Source: Lepidodermella squamata (Eukaryota; Animalia; Gastrotricha). From it: 64,000 nt of DNA. Positions 51,801-64,000 of the stretch are shown in pieces (position 1 is the first letter of the stretch; each line of letters begins with the position of its first letter). A program made the position numbers and the translations under genes. The notes beneath the pieces are model-generated. The model saw only the letters and a list, made by a program, of their open reading frames with translations. It searched no databases and was not told the origin of the DNA. The stretch is from contig JBLDXI010000003.1 of NCBI GenBank assembly GCA_047495785.1, forward strand, positions 3,968,001-4,032,000, written 5' to 3'.

Positions 51801-54208
51801 TAACACATGGCATTTGTACTCTTCATCTGGCGCCTCTAAAGAATCTGTTCCAGAGCAAAAACACGAGTAAGACTTGAAAATGTTGGCACTTTGTTGTCAT
51901 GCATTGCTTATGTTCAACAGTTCTTTACACGGCTTAGTAAGGCGAACTTTTCTACTCCTTCCTCTTCCAAAAGGTTTAACCATGCAACATATTCAGTAAG
52001 GAATTTATATTGGATGTTGTTTTTACAGGAGTGATCATGTCTTGCATGCTTCTATTCGATGGCAAATTGGAACCTGTTGAAATCTCGACTGTTCCTTGCA
52101 TTTGCGAATTCGGTGGTAGATGCTTAGCGAAACATGCCTTTCCCTTCACTGGACCTCAACGAGAAAACCTTATCGGCTTCTGGCCAATGGTTGAGTTGGA
52201 CCAAGTTTACGCTTGGTTTAATGAGCGCGTCTCTGGAATCCCTGCACATAGCATTTTCGGAGCAAGAATAAATTCGGTGACTAGGGGACCTTTTTTGGAT
52301 ATAGATTCTTTATTATTGGCCCGTGATGCTACTGGGAGAGGATATCCTATGACAACGACAAGGTCGATTCGATTCTCATCTGTTTTCTTTTTGTCTTTCT
52401 ATGTCTACCGCGAATATATTCTTGACTCATCGCCGATAGTAGAAACCTTTCCTCGGGGATTCATGGTTTCAATTTCTGGTAATTATGTATATTTGATGGC
52501 TAAAAACAGCAATGCAACTGTTCAAGTCGAGCTGCCAAATTATGGTACTCCGCGATGGGACTTCGTAGCATTTTCATGGAGCAATGAATCGAACCAAATA
52601 ATGTTTTACAACGAAACTGGTCACGTCACGTTGGAATCTACTTTGAAACTTGATTTCGATCACAAGCCTGTAAATTTGTCACTTGGTTTTCGAGCTTTAT
52701 CGGTCGAAGCTGCAGTCGCCTGTTTTACCCTCTACAACAAATCCTTAACATCAGAAGAAGTAGGTCTTATGCGATGCGTTTGTCAAACTTTCGGGAATTG
52801 CACCCTTCCCAAGCCTTATTTCGGTCCTAGAATTACTTCCTTAGCTTACTTCGCGACGCTAGATGACGAAACAGGTGAAGCAATGAGAATTCCCGGACCA
52901 TTTGGCGAAATGGGAAGCTATCCCATTTCGAACGAATCTCGGTCGCTTTTAATGATGAGAAGATTAGAACATTGGAGAGAGCTTACCATCGCATTTTATT
53001 TCTATAACGGTTTGGAGCGGAATACAGGCCACTTCAAAGTGATCACGGTTGAAGATGGGGATGAAAGCTACGCCTTCAACTACAACGCGAGTGAAAATGA
53101 TAAAGTTATTGGAGAACTTCAGGTGCTCTCGGAAACAATCAGTTATCCGTCAGATTTGGTGGAAGAAGATTGGAACTTTGTCGCATTTTCGATTGCTAAA
53201 AAAGATGGAAGTTTAAGGGTTTCTTTCATATCTGAGAATGGTTCCGTGTTATTGGAGAAAGAAATTAATCATTCTCCCCAGAATGGTAGCGACTGGTCAG
53301 CAAGTTACGGACCGCTCCAGTCAACCGATACACTTGCTTGCTTACTAATATATACCGCTGCGCTGAGCCCCGAAGAGATAGCTATGCTGAAATGTGTTTG
53401 CGAACGTAAGGGTCTCTGCTTAGAATCTTACCCACTCAATGGTCTCTCAGCCCAGACTGGGCCGAATTGCGATCCGGAAGGAACTCTAAATACCCTCTAT
53501 GGCACCTGTATGTGCAAAGATTGTTATAAGCACCGTCGATGCCAGACGAGGGATCCGATAAAATGCCTCCACAAAAGCCCGTGTTCGAAGAGTGGAACCG
53601 AATCAACGTATTACGACTTCGAAAACGAGCGCTTCGCATGTAATTGCTACCCCGGCTACGAGGGATCACTTTGTGACGTTGATGTAAAAGAATGCGACCT
53701 CAATGTTTGCAGCTCCGTTGGAACTCGGCTCTGTGAGAACCTTAACGGGTCTTTTATTTGTCACTGCCGGGATGGTTATTCTGGAATAAAGTGCGACATT
53801 GTCACCAGATTCGACTGCGAACTGGAGAAACCCTGCTTGAACAACGGTGTTTGTTGGCCGATTGATGCCAATTCGTATTATTGCGACTGTGAAGACGAAA
53901 GATATTGGGGGGGAAATTGTGAGATCGATCTTTACTCAGAGCTATGCCAACCCAAATTTGGATATATCACGACTAGTTACTGCGACACGACTCACGAATG
54001 TTCAATTGTTTGTGACGACGATGACGAAAAGGATCATAAAATGGTGCCCCTGTGTACATGCCGGGATAACTGTTTATCCTCAAACGCAGCCATGGAAAAT
54101 CTTAATAGCTCATCTGGCAACAGCATAACGATCCCAATAGGCTATCTTTTTATATTACTTTTGACTTGCCTCTCTAGAATAATGACGGATTTAATATTTT
54201 ATCGCTAA
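48806..54208 (+). CDS. Large secreted or surface protein: 6 LamG/pentraxin-like modules plus EGF repeats (copy 1)
   Basis: Signal peptide MMQLVVLLTVVFLCEG; six modules starting GP....L...WPL and ending L...EI..L.C.C...G.C; EGF repeats including Ca-binding type (DVKECD...C.N..GSF.C.C); hydrophobic C-terminus; short introns. Confidence 0.8.
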
Positions 54209-54284
54209 AAAATATGTAAAAAATCCAGCTTAAATTTCAGAATCTTTACTAATGGGAAACCAGTTGCATTTGAGTGTTTTTAAG

Positions 54285-57200
54285 ATGACTTACCTGTTGG
54301 TGGTCCCATTTTTTCTCTTCTACGGGAAATTGTATGCTGAATTCGTGTATCAAGGGCCGAGGTTTGAGGATCTCGTCGCCTTTTGGCCTCTAGACGAGCA
54401 ATCTCTCGATAACCCCATCTACTACAACGATTCAAGACTTGTAAAAACCGGCTCGCAAAAGTCTCGGTTAAGCTCATTGCCGGGCCCGTACGGAAAGCCG
54501 AACTCGAGCTACGAGAATAATAACACTTCTCCTACACAGTTTATCGGAAAGTTGAACTTGACCGATCCGAAAGAGGAATGGACAGTCTCTTATTTCCTAT
54601 ATCAGAATTATATGAAAACTGTTAAGAAAAAATGCGCGACATTGTATTTTCTAACTGGCAGAAAATACAGTGTTCAATCGAAATATTGTCATGAGCCTAA
54701 CGGTTCAAATTACCGTTTGGGGCTGAACCGCTTCAACAATTGGATATTTCACGCCGATACACATCGCAATGGTGAATTTCTACAATCATTATCAGTGTCT
54801 GGACTGGCGATTCCATCGGAATTCAGCGTTTCCAGGTGAGTTGAAGATGAAGCAGGCCAAGACTGGCTGATGCTTGGTTCTCAAAAATAACAGTCTTCGT
54901 TTTTCATAGCGCAGCCGATGTTGGTACGACAACGCCGCAGTTTGCATTCGGAGGTTTGCATCCAGGTAAATTAAAATTCAAGGTTGTCCATCAGCTGTTT
55001 TATAACTATTTTCATCGTTATAGGTGACCGAATGGCATGTGTCATGCTATTCAAAGCGATTCTTAGTCCTGCTGAAATCTCCAAACTGGCATGTGTTTGC
55101 CGTGGTAGAGGCACATGTCAAGACTTAACAGTTCCATATCGCGGCCCAAAGCCGGACAGTTTGCTTGGATTTTGGCCGCTAATTGAACTCTCACAACGGT
55201 ATCCCTGCTGCAATGAAATCAGCACAGGACAGCCCTCCAACATCTCAGCTGAACGATGGGTAGTAAAGGATGCCCAAGGTCCTTTCTTGACTCCGAACGT
55301 CTTGCTGCCTGTGCCGTATTCTGTCGAAATTTCTCCAGTCATAACGCATCCCGTGAATTTTACGTCGAAACAAAACTTCACGATCTCATTTTACCTGTAT
55401 CGAGGCACGTTGGAAGCGCGAAGAATAAATTCAACAGTTATTGCTATGTCCGATGTTGGATCTATAAGTGTTGCGAACCAGACAATCGAATTTCGCTTCA
55501 AAAAGCGGCGCGCCACATTTAAACATCTACCGAATGCACCATGGAGCTTTCAAGCATTCTGCTACGACGCACAGAGAAAGCGGCTAAGTTTATTCAACGA
55601 AACACACCTCGTGAGTAGCAAGAGTCTTGAATTAGGATTCGAAGGACTATTGAGTTTCGGATTGGGAAGTATTTTGAAAGAAAAGTCTCATCCGAGGGAC
55701 ATTGCTGTGGCTTGTTTTAGCATTCACCAGGCGATGCTGAATCTATCAGAAATAGCCACGCTTCGATGGGCTTGCCAATTTGCTGGTACTCGAGGATTGA
55801 GACAACCTTATTTTGGCCCTCGTCCTGACGCACTTACTGGCTACCTTGGATTCGATGAGAATGGCCCTGAAAATCTGCTGGCAGGCGACTCTTCAATGAA
55901 TCTTGTCGGCGGTGGCGAAAACGTTAAATATGATACCGAGGTAGGACCTTTCGGTGATTATGAAGTGTCTCTCAAGCAGAAAACGACGCTTGATTATCAT
56001 TTGAATGAATCCTTGGCGGAACACTTGGAATACAAAACCGATAAAAATGACGCCACGCTATCGTTTTACTTTTTTCGCCCGCTCAAAGACTTGATATTGC
56101 CTAGAAATACCCTCGCTTCGTACAATGGTCCGCAATTTACCATCATTATTGAGTGCGACAATAACTACCGGTTGCATCTCATTATTACCGATAGGATTGA
56201 AAATGAGTCTATTGCCAACTTGACATGGCCTACTAAACCCATTCAGAAGGACTGGAACTTCATTGCTGCAACGATTTCTTTCAACCAAACCAATTCAGTT
56301 GCTACCTTGGTATCGGAGGTTGGTAAAGTTATTAAAGCTGTACAGTTCGATTCATCATCAGCTGCAAATACCGCGCGATCTGAGGATTCGACGTTGAGCA
56401 TCAGGCCAACAGTTCAGTTCAGATGTCTTTTTCTTTATCAAGCCGCTTTAAAGCCTGAGGAGATCGGTCACTTGCATTGTGTTTGCAGACGCAAAGGCAT
56501 GTGCTACAACGCAAGTCCACTTAACGGCATTCCTCAAGTAACGAATATTCCATGTTTAAAGAATAATACGAAGGTAATCGGACCTAACTTTTGTACGTGT
56601 CGCCTGCCCTATCTGGGGCGAATATGTGCGAAACAAATTTTATTCGATTGCGAGCGCGAAGCACCGTGTTATCGAGGCTATTGCGAGGGCAGAGGAGTAA
56701 CTGGTTACGATTGTCAGTGTGATGCCGGTTTCACTGGTGAAAACTGTACCGTAAGAGTATCCTTTCAGGATTCATCACAGTTTAGTGTAGCCCAATCTCT
56801 TTTATTATTTAGGAAGCTGTGACAAGGGTAGGCCCTTTCGCTGATAAATTGTTAGCGATGCTGCCGTTGGACAAAGAATATGAGCTGCAGCCTAAATTTT
56901 CGAATGGGGTGAAAATTGCTTCCATCAACAAATATGCCGTGATCAGCAGTCAGCCAGGACCATTCGGCGCTCCTTTCTCCAGTTATGAACTCATCGCCAA
57001 CAATGATACAATCGACAACAACTTCATAGCAGATTACCACATACCAAATATCGGCGATAATGAGGCTACCTTTGCCGTCTTCTTGGCAGGCTCCACCGGA
57101 CAGAACCTGTCGCAGTGTACAGGCCTCTTCTTCAAATATCAGTATTCAAACGGTTCGATTGTTCAGGGTAAAGGCATGGGATACTGCATTTCAAAGGCAT

Positions 57201-59637
57201 TTTGGAGGTTCCGAGCTATGGTGTATGATAAAGAGACCAATTATTGGAATGTCTATTCCCCATCGGGAGTCAACGTCGCCAACCCCGATTTGTAAGAAAT
57301 AATAATTCCTAGTGACGTTAACATTTCAAAAATTATTTTTCAGCCCATTGCAAAACAATCTGTCTGCGATGAACCTTAAGATTTTTCGATTAGGAGACCA
57401 TTCAATGCTTCCAGCCGAAATGCTTCAAGTTAAAACGATCCGAGGTAAAAATATTTTATACCTTGCAATCGCCTGCTCATTTTAATCTAAAAGGCATTCG
57501 AATCGCATGCGTCACAATATTCGAAGGTAAACTTAGTCCAGCTGAAATATCGAAAGTCCCGTGTTTCTGCAAGTACGCCAGTAGTGAATGTCCTATCACC
57601 AGCACTTTCCCTTATCTGGGACCAAGTGCGCGGCATCTTAGCGGCTTCTGGCCTTTGATTGAGCTAGATGGTATCAGCAATTGGCTCAATGAGCGAATTT
57701 ACGGAATTATAGAAACAAGCAGCATTTACGCCCAAAGGTTTAGAGCAGCGACAATGGGGCCTTTATATAGGTTAGGCATGGAATTGATTTCTCCTTATGC
57801 TGCTACAGATGAGTATCCTATAACGACAAGTAGAAGCGTCTGGTTTTCGCCAGCATTCACGGTCTCATTTTACTACCACCAAGCCGCTTATCTACCAGAT
57901 TCAAGCATCGCTGAAACTCACCCTGTTGGATTTGTTATCAAACTTATATCGGGATGCATTTACTTGAGGAGCAAGCTTACCGGACAAAGTGTTCAACTTA
58001 CTACTATGCCTAATGAATACCCATTCTGGTACTTTGTGGCATTCTCCTACTCAGATCAGCAACTGACTGTTTACAACGAGACAGGCTTTGCAACAAACGT
58101 GGTGCCGTCTAGCTCGTTCAGTCTTTATTTTGACCACGGTTATCCAGTGAATTTGTCACTAGGTTATCGCGCCACCAACGGTGAGGCCGCACTGACTTGT
58201 TTCACTTTATACAACACAACGCTAAGCCCAAAAGATATCGCTCTCCAGCGATGTGTTTGTCAAACAATCGGCAACTGCAAGTTACCTTATCCCTATTTTG
58301 GCCCGAGAGCTTCAGCCCTCGTCTACTTTTCAACGCTTGAAGACCAAACGAATGACACTTTGACAATTGTCGGGCCTTTCGGTCAAGTCGCAAATTATCC
58401 TGTACTGAGCTCAGCCCAGCCAATATTTGCTAACTTGAGCAAAATGCTTTCTCTGACTGTGGCCTTGTACTTTTTCGTCAGCAAAGAGGCGCAATTCGGG
58501 TCTTTCAACTTGCTAACAGTCAACGGCTCTAACGGAAGTTATAGCTTGAACTACAAGGGTGGGTCTAATTCGATTGGAGTTGAAGTGAAGGATACGGCCA
58601 GCGTTGAGTACCCAGCCGACTACCATGTCGAAGGCGATTGGAATTTTCTCTCATTTTCAGTGGCGATGGATAAGCGCGGGTCGACGATTTCTTTGTCATC
58701 TGAAAATGGGACAGTTATGGTGACGAAACGTGTGTCACATCGAACGGCTGGCTCCAGCAATTGGTCAATAACTTACGGCCCTTTGAGTCAGAATGACACC
58801 ATGACATGTCTTTTAATCTTCTCTGCAACTCTGACTCCCGAAGAAATTGCGGTTATGCAATGCGTTTGCGAACGTAAGGGTCTCTGTTATGATGCTTCTC
58901 CATTGAATGGTCCACCAACTTCACCTGGCCGGTATTGCGATCCTGTAGGTACTTTAACCAGCCTTAATGGATATTGTCAGTGTCGGCCGTGTTACCAAGG
59001 CCATCGATGTGCTTTGAAAGATCCGGAGAAGTGCCTAGAGAAGAGCCCTTGTTCACAGCAAGGGACCAAATCCCAGGATTACGACTATGAGACTGAAAGA
59101 TATGTGTGCGAGTGCTATCCTGGTTATGAAGGATCGCTTTGTGAAAAGGATGTCAATGAATGCGAGATTTTCAATGCTTGCAACCAGGTTGGCACAAGAT
59201 TCTGTGAGAATTTAATCGGATCCTACACCTGCCACTGTCGACCAGGCTACTCCGGGGGCAATTGTGAAATCAAGGAAATTTACGATTGCGATCTTGAGAA
59301 ACCCTGTTTGAACAACGGTACTTGTTGGCCAATGGGTACTGATTCGTACTACTGCGACTGTGAGGACGAGCGATTTTGGGGTGAAAATTGCGAAATTGAT
59401 CTCTATTCAAAGTTATGTTACCCGAAATTCGGGCACCTTACGGGCCATTACTGCGAGGTGCAAGATGAATGCTCAATCACGTGTGACGATGACTCTGAAG
59501 AGGACCACAAGATGATTGCCCTTTGCGAATGCCGCGGAGCTTGCTTTGCTGTTATGGAAACCGCCCATGGACATCATCTGCGGATAAATAACCTCGACAT
59601 TCTAATAGCCACATTAAGCGTTGCTGTTTTTATTTGA
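54285..59637 (+). CDS. Large secreted or surface protein: 6 LamG/pentraxin-like modules plus EGF repeats (copy 2)
   Basis: Colinear paralog of 48806-54208 (shared ELSQRYPCCNEIS, CVCERKGLC, DCELEKPCLNNG, YYCDCEDER.WG) with matching intron positions; signal peptide MTYLLVVPFFLFYGKLYA; hydrophobic tail. Confidence 0.8.
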
Positions 59638-59877
59638 TGGAGAATAAAAATAAAGAGTCGCCTTAAGTATATTTCTCGGTATTGTTATTCATTTAAATGT
59701 GTCCTCGTAATATTTCTAATGAATGTGTCTGCACGCGATACCTGAATTAGCTTAATTCCTCCGCAGCGATTTCCAATCGATTTTTCAGCAATCTCTGCAG
59801 CCGTGATTTCTTGCTCGTTTCAGTATCAAAACATTCGGAGCGTATAAACTATTTACAGACAGAGATCACACGAGATA

Positions 59878-60041
59878 CAGGGTGGCCAAAAAAAGCCGCA
59901 GAAAGCAAATGTGATGCGCATCATTTTAATGAGGAGTTTCATTGGCAAAAGAATGTTTGAAATTCTTCAACTTCTGAAATTCCTCATTACCTAAATTGAT
60001 GTGCATCAAATTCGCCTGCTACGGCTTTTTTGGCCACCCTG
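59878..60041. mobile_element. Tc1/mariner-type MITE (fold-back)
   Basis: TA|CAGGGTGGCCAAAAAA...TTTTTTGGCCACCCTG|TA; internal arms are also complementary (GATGCGCATCA/TGATGTGCATC, TAATGAGGA/TCCTCATTA). Confidence 0.9.
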
Positions 60042-60130
60042 TATACATCGAACCTTGAAATTATTGTTTTTAGACGGTTAGAAAGTAAATTTTGGTAACC
60101 GCATGCCCTGAAATATTCGAAAAATATGTA

Positions 60131-60936
60131 CCGTAAGGCGGTCTTACTTCGGACAAAAACGTGTTTTTGGGGCTTAGTTTTTCGAGGTGAACGAATTTTT
60201 TGACGGGCTTTATGTCAAAAGATGCGCCTTGAAAAACTGCATATTCTAGAATCAACTCCGGTAAGCAAATAATTTTTCCCGTACAGGTATTAAAGGAAAA
60301 CTGGTCCGGCTAACTTCGGACACAACTGGGGTAACTTCGGACAGCTCAATGTGAATATTTAGATTGGGGTCAAAGTTCACATTAAAGCGAGATAAATTTT
60401 GTGAGCAGATTTAAGAAAAAAAACTTAAAAAAAAAAAACCAAAATGCATGATGAGGGATTCGAACCCTCAACATTGAATTGTGCTCCCAACGCAGCTTAG
60501 TGCTGTTCTCAATGAAATATGGAGTTTAACAAATGTCAAGGTCAATTGACATCTTTTTGAATTTCCCGTAGTTTGAAGCTGCCCGAACTTACCCGGGACA
60601 AAATTTATTTTCTAAAGTATTTCCTGATCAAAATTTTCGTTAAAAATTGGTTTGAACATGACAGCATTACTAAATCGATGGTGCTCTATCTTTTCCGCTT
60701 CTCTCCAGCAAAAAATACCTACCTGGTGAAAAGTTAGCAATTTTGGGTCGCGGAACATGACTGCCAAGAAGTTGGACTATTCTTCACATACTTATCTGTT
60801 TTCAATGTTTCTGGTGTCATTTGAAAGCCAAGACTCAGGGCTATCTTTTGCAATTTGAACGGTCTCTATATTCACCGGGGTTGAGGAGAAATTCCAGTTC
60901 AAAGTCAAAAGTGTCCGAAGTTAGACCGCCTTACGG
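60131..60936. mobile_element. pogo/Tigger-like non-autonomous element
   Basis: TA|CCGTAAGGCGGTCTTACTTCGGACA ... TGTCCGAAGTTAGACCGCCTTACGG|TA (24/25 match); internal AACTTCGGACA repeats at 60312-60342. Confidence 0.9.
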
Positions 60937-62092
60937 TACGTTGAAATTGTGTGATCGACCAATTCTGGAAAAAATAAGGCTTTAAACTGTAGGTAATCTC
61001 TCATTTTTCCTTCATCTCCGCTAATAGCTCACGTTCTCGTTCTGTCATCTCTCTAGCGTCTTGGTATATTATTTTTTTCGTCATACATTTCATCGTACAT
61101 AAACAAATTTGAATAGCACCAGGTGCAACCAGTGTAATTGCTTTTGTATATATACTGTATCAACTTAATAACATGGGTTGAGAGAAATATTTTACTCACG
61201 TTCCGGAGCCCAAGTTTTCGTTTTTTTTATCATCAAATTCCTTGCCAAAAACAGCTGATAGGTATTACGTGGAGCGAATTTCATTAATTTTATGCCCTTG
61301 TCTCAGCGAGAAGTTGAGATTATTAAACGGCGGGCCCATTTTCTCGGTCTCATTCATAAAACGATTGAATCGCGGAAACTTCGGGTTCGACTTATTGTGC
61401 GGAGAAGTCGAGCATGTCGGCATATATTGGTCTCTCTTAGCTGATTTAATGGCTGATAGCTGAATCAATCGCGCTACCAATAACGAAGATGCGTTGGCGA
61501 CAAAAGTAGACGACGCGATAGTCGTGTCACTGCGGTTTTGCGCTTCTGCGATATAATGTAGGCGATAGGCGGCAATGAGAGAGATATGACAATGAAAGGA
61601 TTCGGCGCACTCGCGAGCTGCGCATTTTCACACCCTGAGCCGCACAGCGTTTTTACGTGCAATAAAATTCTGCGCCATGCGTGTCGGCCGGGCGGCTGGC
61701 TACTTATGAAAATTTCCGCGCGCCTTTTACAATAATAATATACTTGCGGCGCCGCGCATCGCCATTTCGAGTCTTCATTTGTCAAACTAAACTATCTATA
61801 AATATCAATATAATATATTTTTATATTATATGTAGCCGTGAAAAGGCAGCGGCAAAAGCGGCCCGCGATAATATTATTATTGCGAAACACAAGAAAACGC
61901 TGTCGTTGTTCGCTGTAATATAGCGGTTTTCGGTACTATATTTTTATAATGTGGTTGTATTACGGCTTTATAGCCAGTAGAAGAAGCAGCTATTACGGCT
62001 ATTATAAATCGCAATAAAACATTATATAACAGTAAACATCAGCTTTTCGACTCGCCGCACCCGCGCTCAGCGTGCTCATCTTCTCTGTGCCA

Positions 62093-62146
62093 TCGTCGTC
62101 GTCGTCGTCGTCGTCGTCGTCTTCGCTGCCGCTGCCGCCGCCGCCA
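62093..62146. repeat. (GTC)n/(GCC)n microsatellite
   Basis: Direct trinucleotide runs. Confidence 0.85.
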
Positions 62147-64000
62147 CTGCTGTGCTTCTGCTCGCTCGTCTTAAGTCGCGCAGCGCCGGTCGCCGAATAA
62201 TAATACAGCGTGCGCGCGCAGTTCCGCTATCTGCTCGGCCCCTGCTTTCCGCCCGCGTTGTCTCTGCGCTCGCCGTTGTTCGCGGCTGCGCTTGATCAGC
62301 GGCCGATATACAGCTGCGGCTACGACGAAGGAAGACTACGGCGACGTCGGCAAAATAGCCTCTCCAATCATGTATATTATAATATTATTCGATTCGGCTC
62401 ATAGTTTAAGCTGCACGGCGATGCGCAACACACGTCGCGCAGGCATTTTCGATTACGATTAGTATAAAAATAATAATTTGGCCAAGTAGCTTCGCGGAAA
62501 CAGCTAACCGGCCCCGGCCAGCTAAATCGATCAGCTACAAAGTCGGCAGCAATTTAGCTTTTATATCTTTAATTACCTGCCTCGATTTTGACCAGTTATT
62601 TCAACCCGATAGCGACACGCGCGCATACTTTCACGGCGCCTGGATGTCAAATAACTTGATTTTTTTCGATGCACTAGCACTTACGTTAATCATGTACCGG
62701 CGCGCTATTTCTCGCATCATCCTCATCATCATCAAGTTTTGCGCGCAGCTAGTCGCGGATGACTTATTTCGCGCGCGAGTAAATCGTAGCCTATATCGAT
62801 AAATGCGCGCCGCGTTATTATTGTCATGGGTAGACCGAGCAGATAAATACTCACACTCATTAGGTATAAATTAATGTCAACCTGTCGCCTGCTCGATGGC
62901 GGCGCTTTGCTTTGCGGAAAAGGAATGCCGCGAAAACTGCACTAAAGCAACTTATCATAACGATATCGATTTTTAATTTCACTTTACTCTTCGCCATGTT
63001 CCTGTAAAAAAATTCAATTTTACCATATACATTTTGCAGTAAACAGATTGAATATTTACCCAGCTTTACGTTAATACGTTATATATTTCCCCTACCCAAT
63101 TCGTCATATCCATTTTGTCGTTCCCATTCGAGTTTACGTCGCACCGATGACTTTTCTTCTTATTATTGATATACAGAATAGTTGCATTCCTTATGGTGGT
63201 TATACATATGCGCACTGGCTCCATTGTCTCTACTGGGAATTTCGAACATAATTTTTAAAACTTGTCCCTACGCTGGCGAAGAACTGCTTCTTTTATACTG
63301 ATGAGCGCTTCCGCATCCAGGCGTGCATATCGGCGGATTACACAGTATATGGTCGCAATATTAATACAATATTATAATGATGCGAGCCATCACTTTGGCA
63401 GCGGGGATGCGCTCTAGTAGCGCCCGCTGTTCTCGAAATGGCTCTGATTTATATGCCAGTCGTGGGACGGGCGGCGGACGATGAGCTAGTGACGCGCGTT
63501 TTTACATTTCTGCGCGCATGCGACTCGATAAAAATTTGGAGCTGTGGTGACATTTTTCGGCCGTTTTGTCTATGAGCGCGCGCACTTTTTACTGCTGTCT
63601 TTGATTTTTCCTCTTCTTCTCTTCTCTGGTTTATTATCATTTAAGCGGCGGAATTTGCGCGCCAAACAGCGGGCGGCGCCCATCGCCGAATTTCACGGGC
63701 CGAAATTTCGTATGCTGGCGATGCGCTTGAGTAATAAAGTTTACTCGCGCGACACTGAGTGTTGTTGTAAAGATAATTATTATTAAGCTATTTGTTTGCG
63801 CTTTTCATGTCGAGCCGCAAGTGAAGAACAGCCGCGCGCAGATCTCAGGAGTTGAATTTCGCCGGTACTTGGCTGCTGGCGAGGACTAGTGGCTGATACT
63901 CTATTACAGTAATAGAATGCGCCGCAGAGAGGGAGGAGTGACGCACACGCGTGCCTAAAATATATCTCTCAAATTTTATGCACGCGCCTTGTATTGCGAT

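Overview
Eukaryotic (animal) genomic DNA from a compact invertebrate genome: gene-dense, short GT-AG introns (mostly about 45-70 nt), no obvious CpG depletion. The ORF track shows exon fragments, and I joined them by hand, so splice boundaries are approximate. Genes in order: a NEK-like kinase fused to ankyrin repeats (runs off the left edge); Nuclear Factor I; PHACTR; cytoplasmic alanyl-tRNA synthetase; two tandem Rab8/10-family GTPases; a poorly resolved multi-pass membrane gene; OMA1; CDC14; a TIR-SAM-TIR-(TIR) protein; Disabled (Dab); a neurocalcin/hippocalcin-like calcium sensor; two orphan membrane proteins; and two tandem ~5.4 kb genes built of six LamG/pentraxin-like modules plus EGF repeats. 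Mobile DNA: several TIR-bounded non-autonomous elements (Spy-like, ISL2EU-like, Tc1/mariner-like, pogo-like) and a LINE RT relic. The most unusual structure is a ~1 kb cassette (2432-3459) in which ~110 bp inverted repeats with flanking TA enclose two intact convergent tRNA genes (Lys, Phe) and five decayed tRNA pieces, a candidate tRNA-array-carrying transposon. The multi-TIR/SAM protein and the LamG-EGF tandem pair are the next best candidates for undescribed biology.
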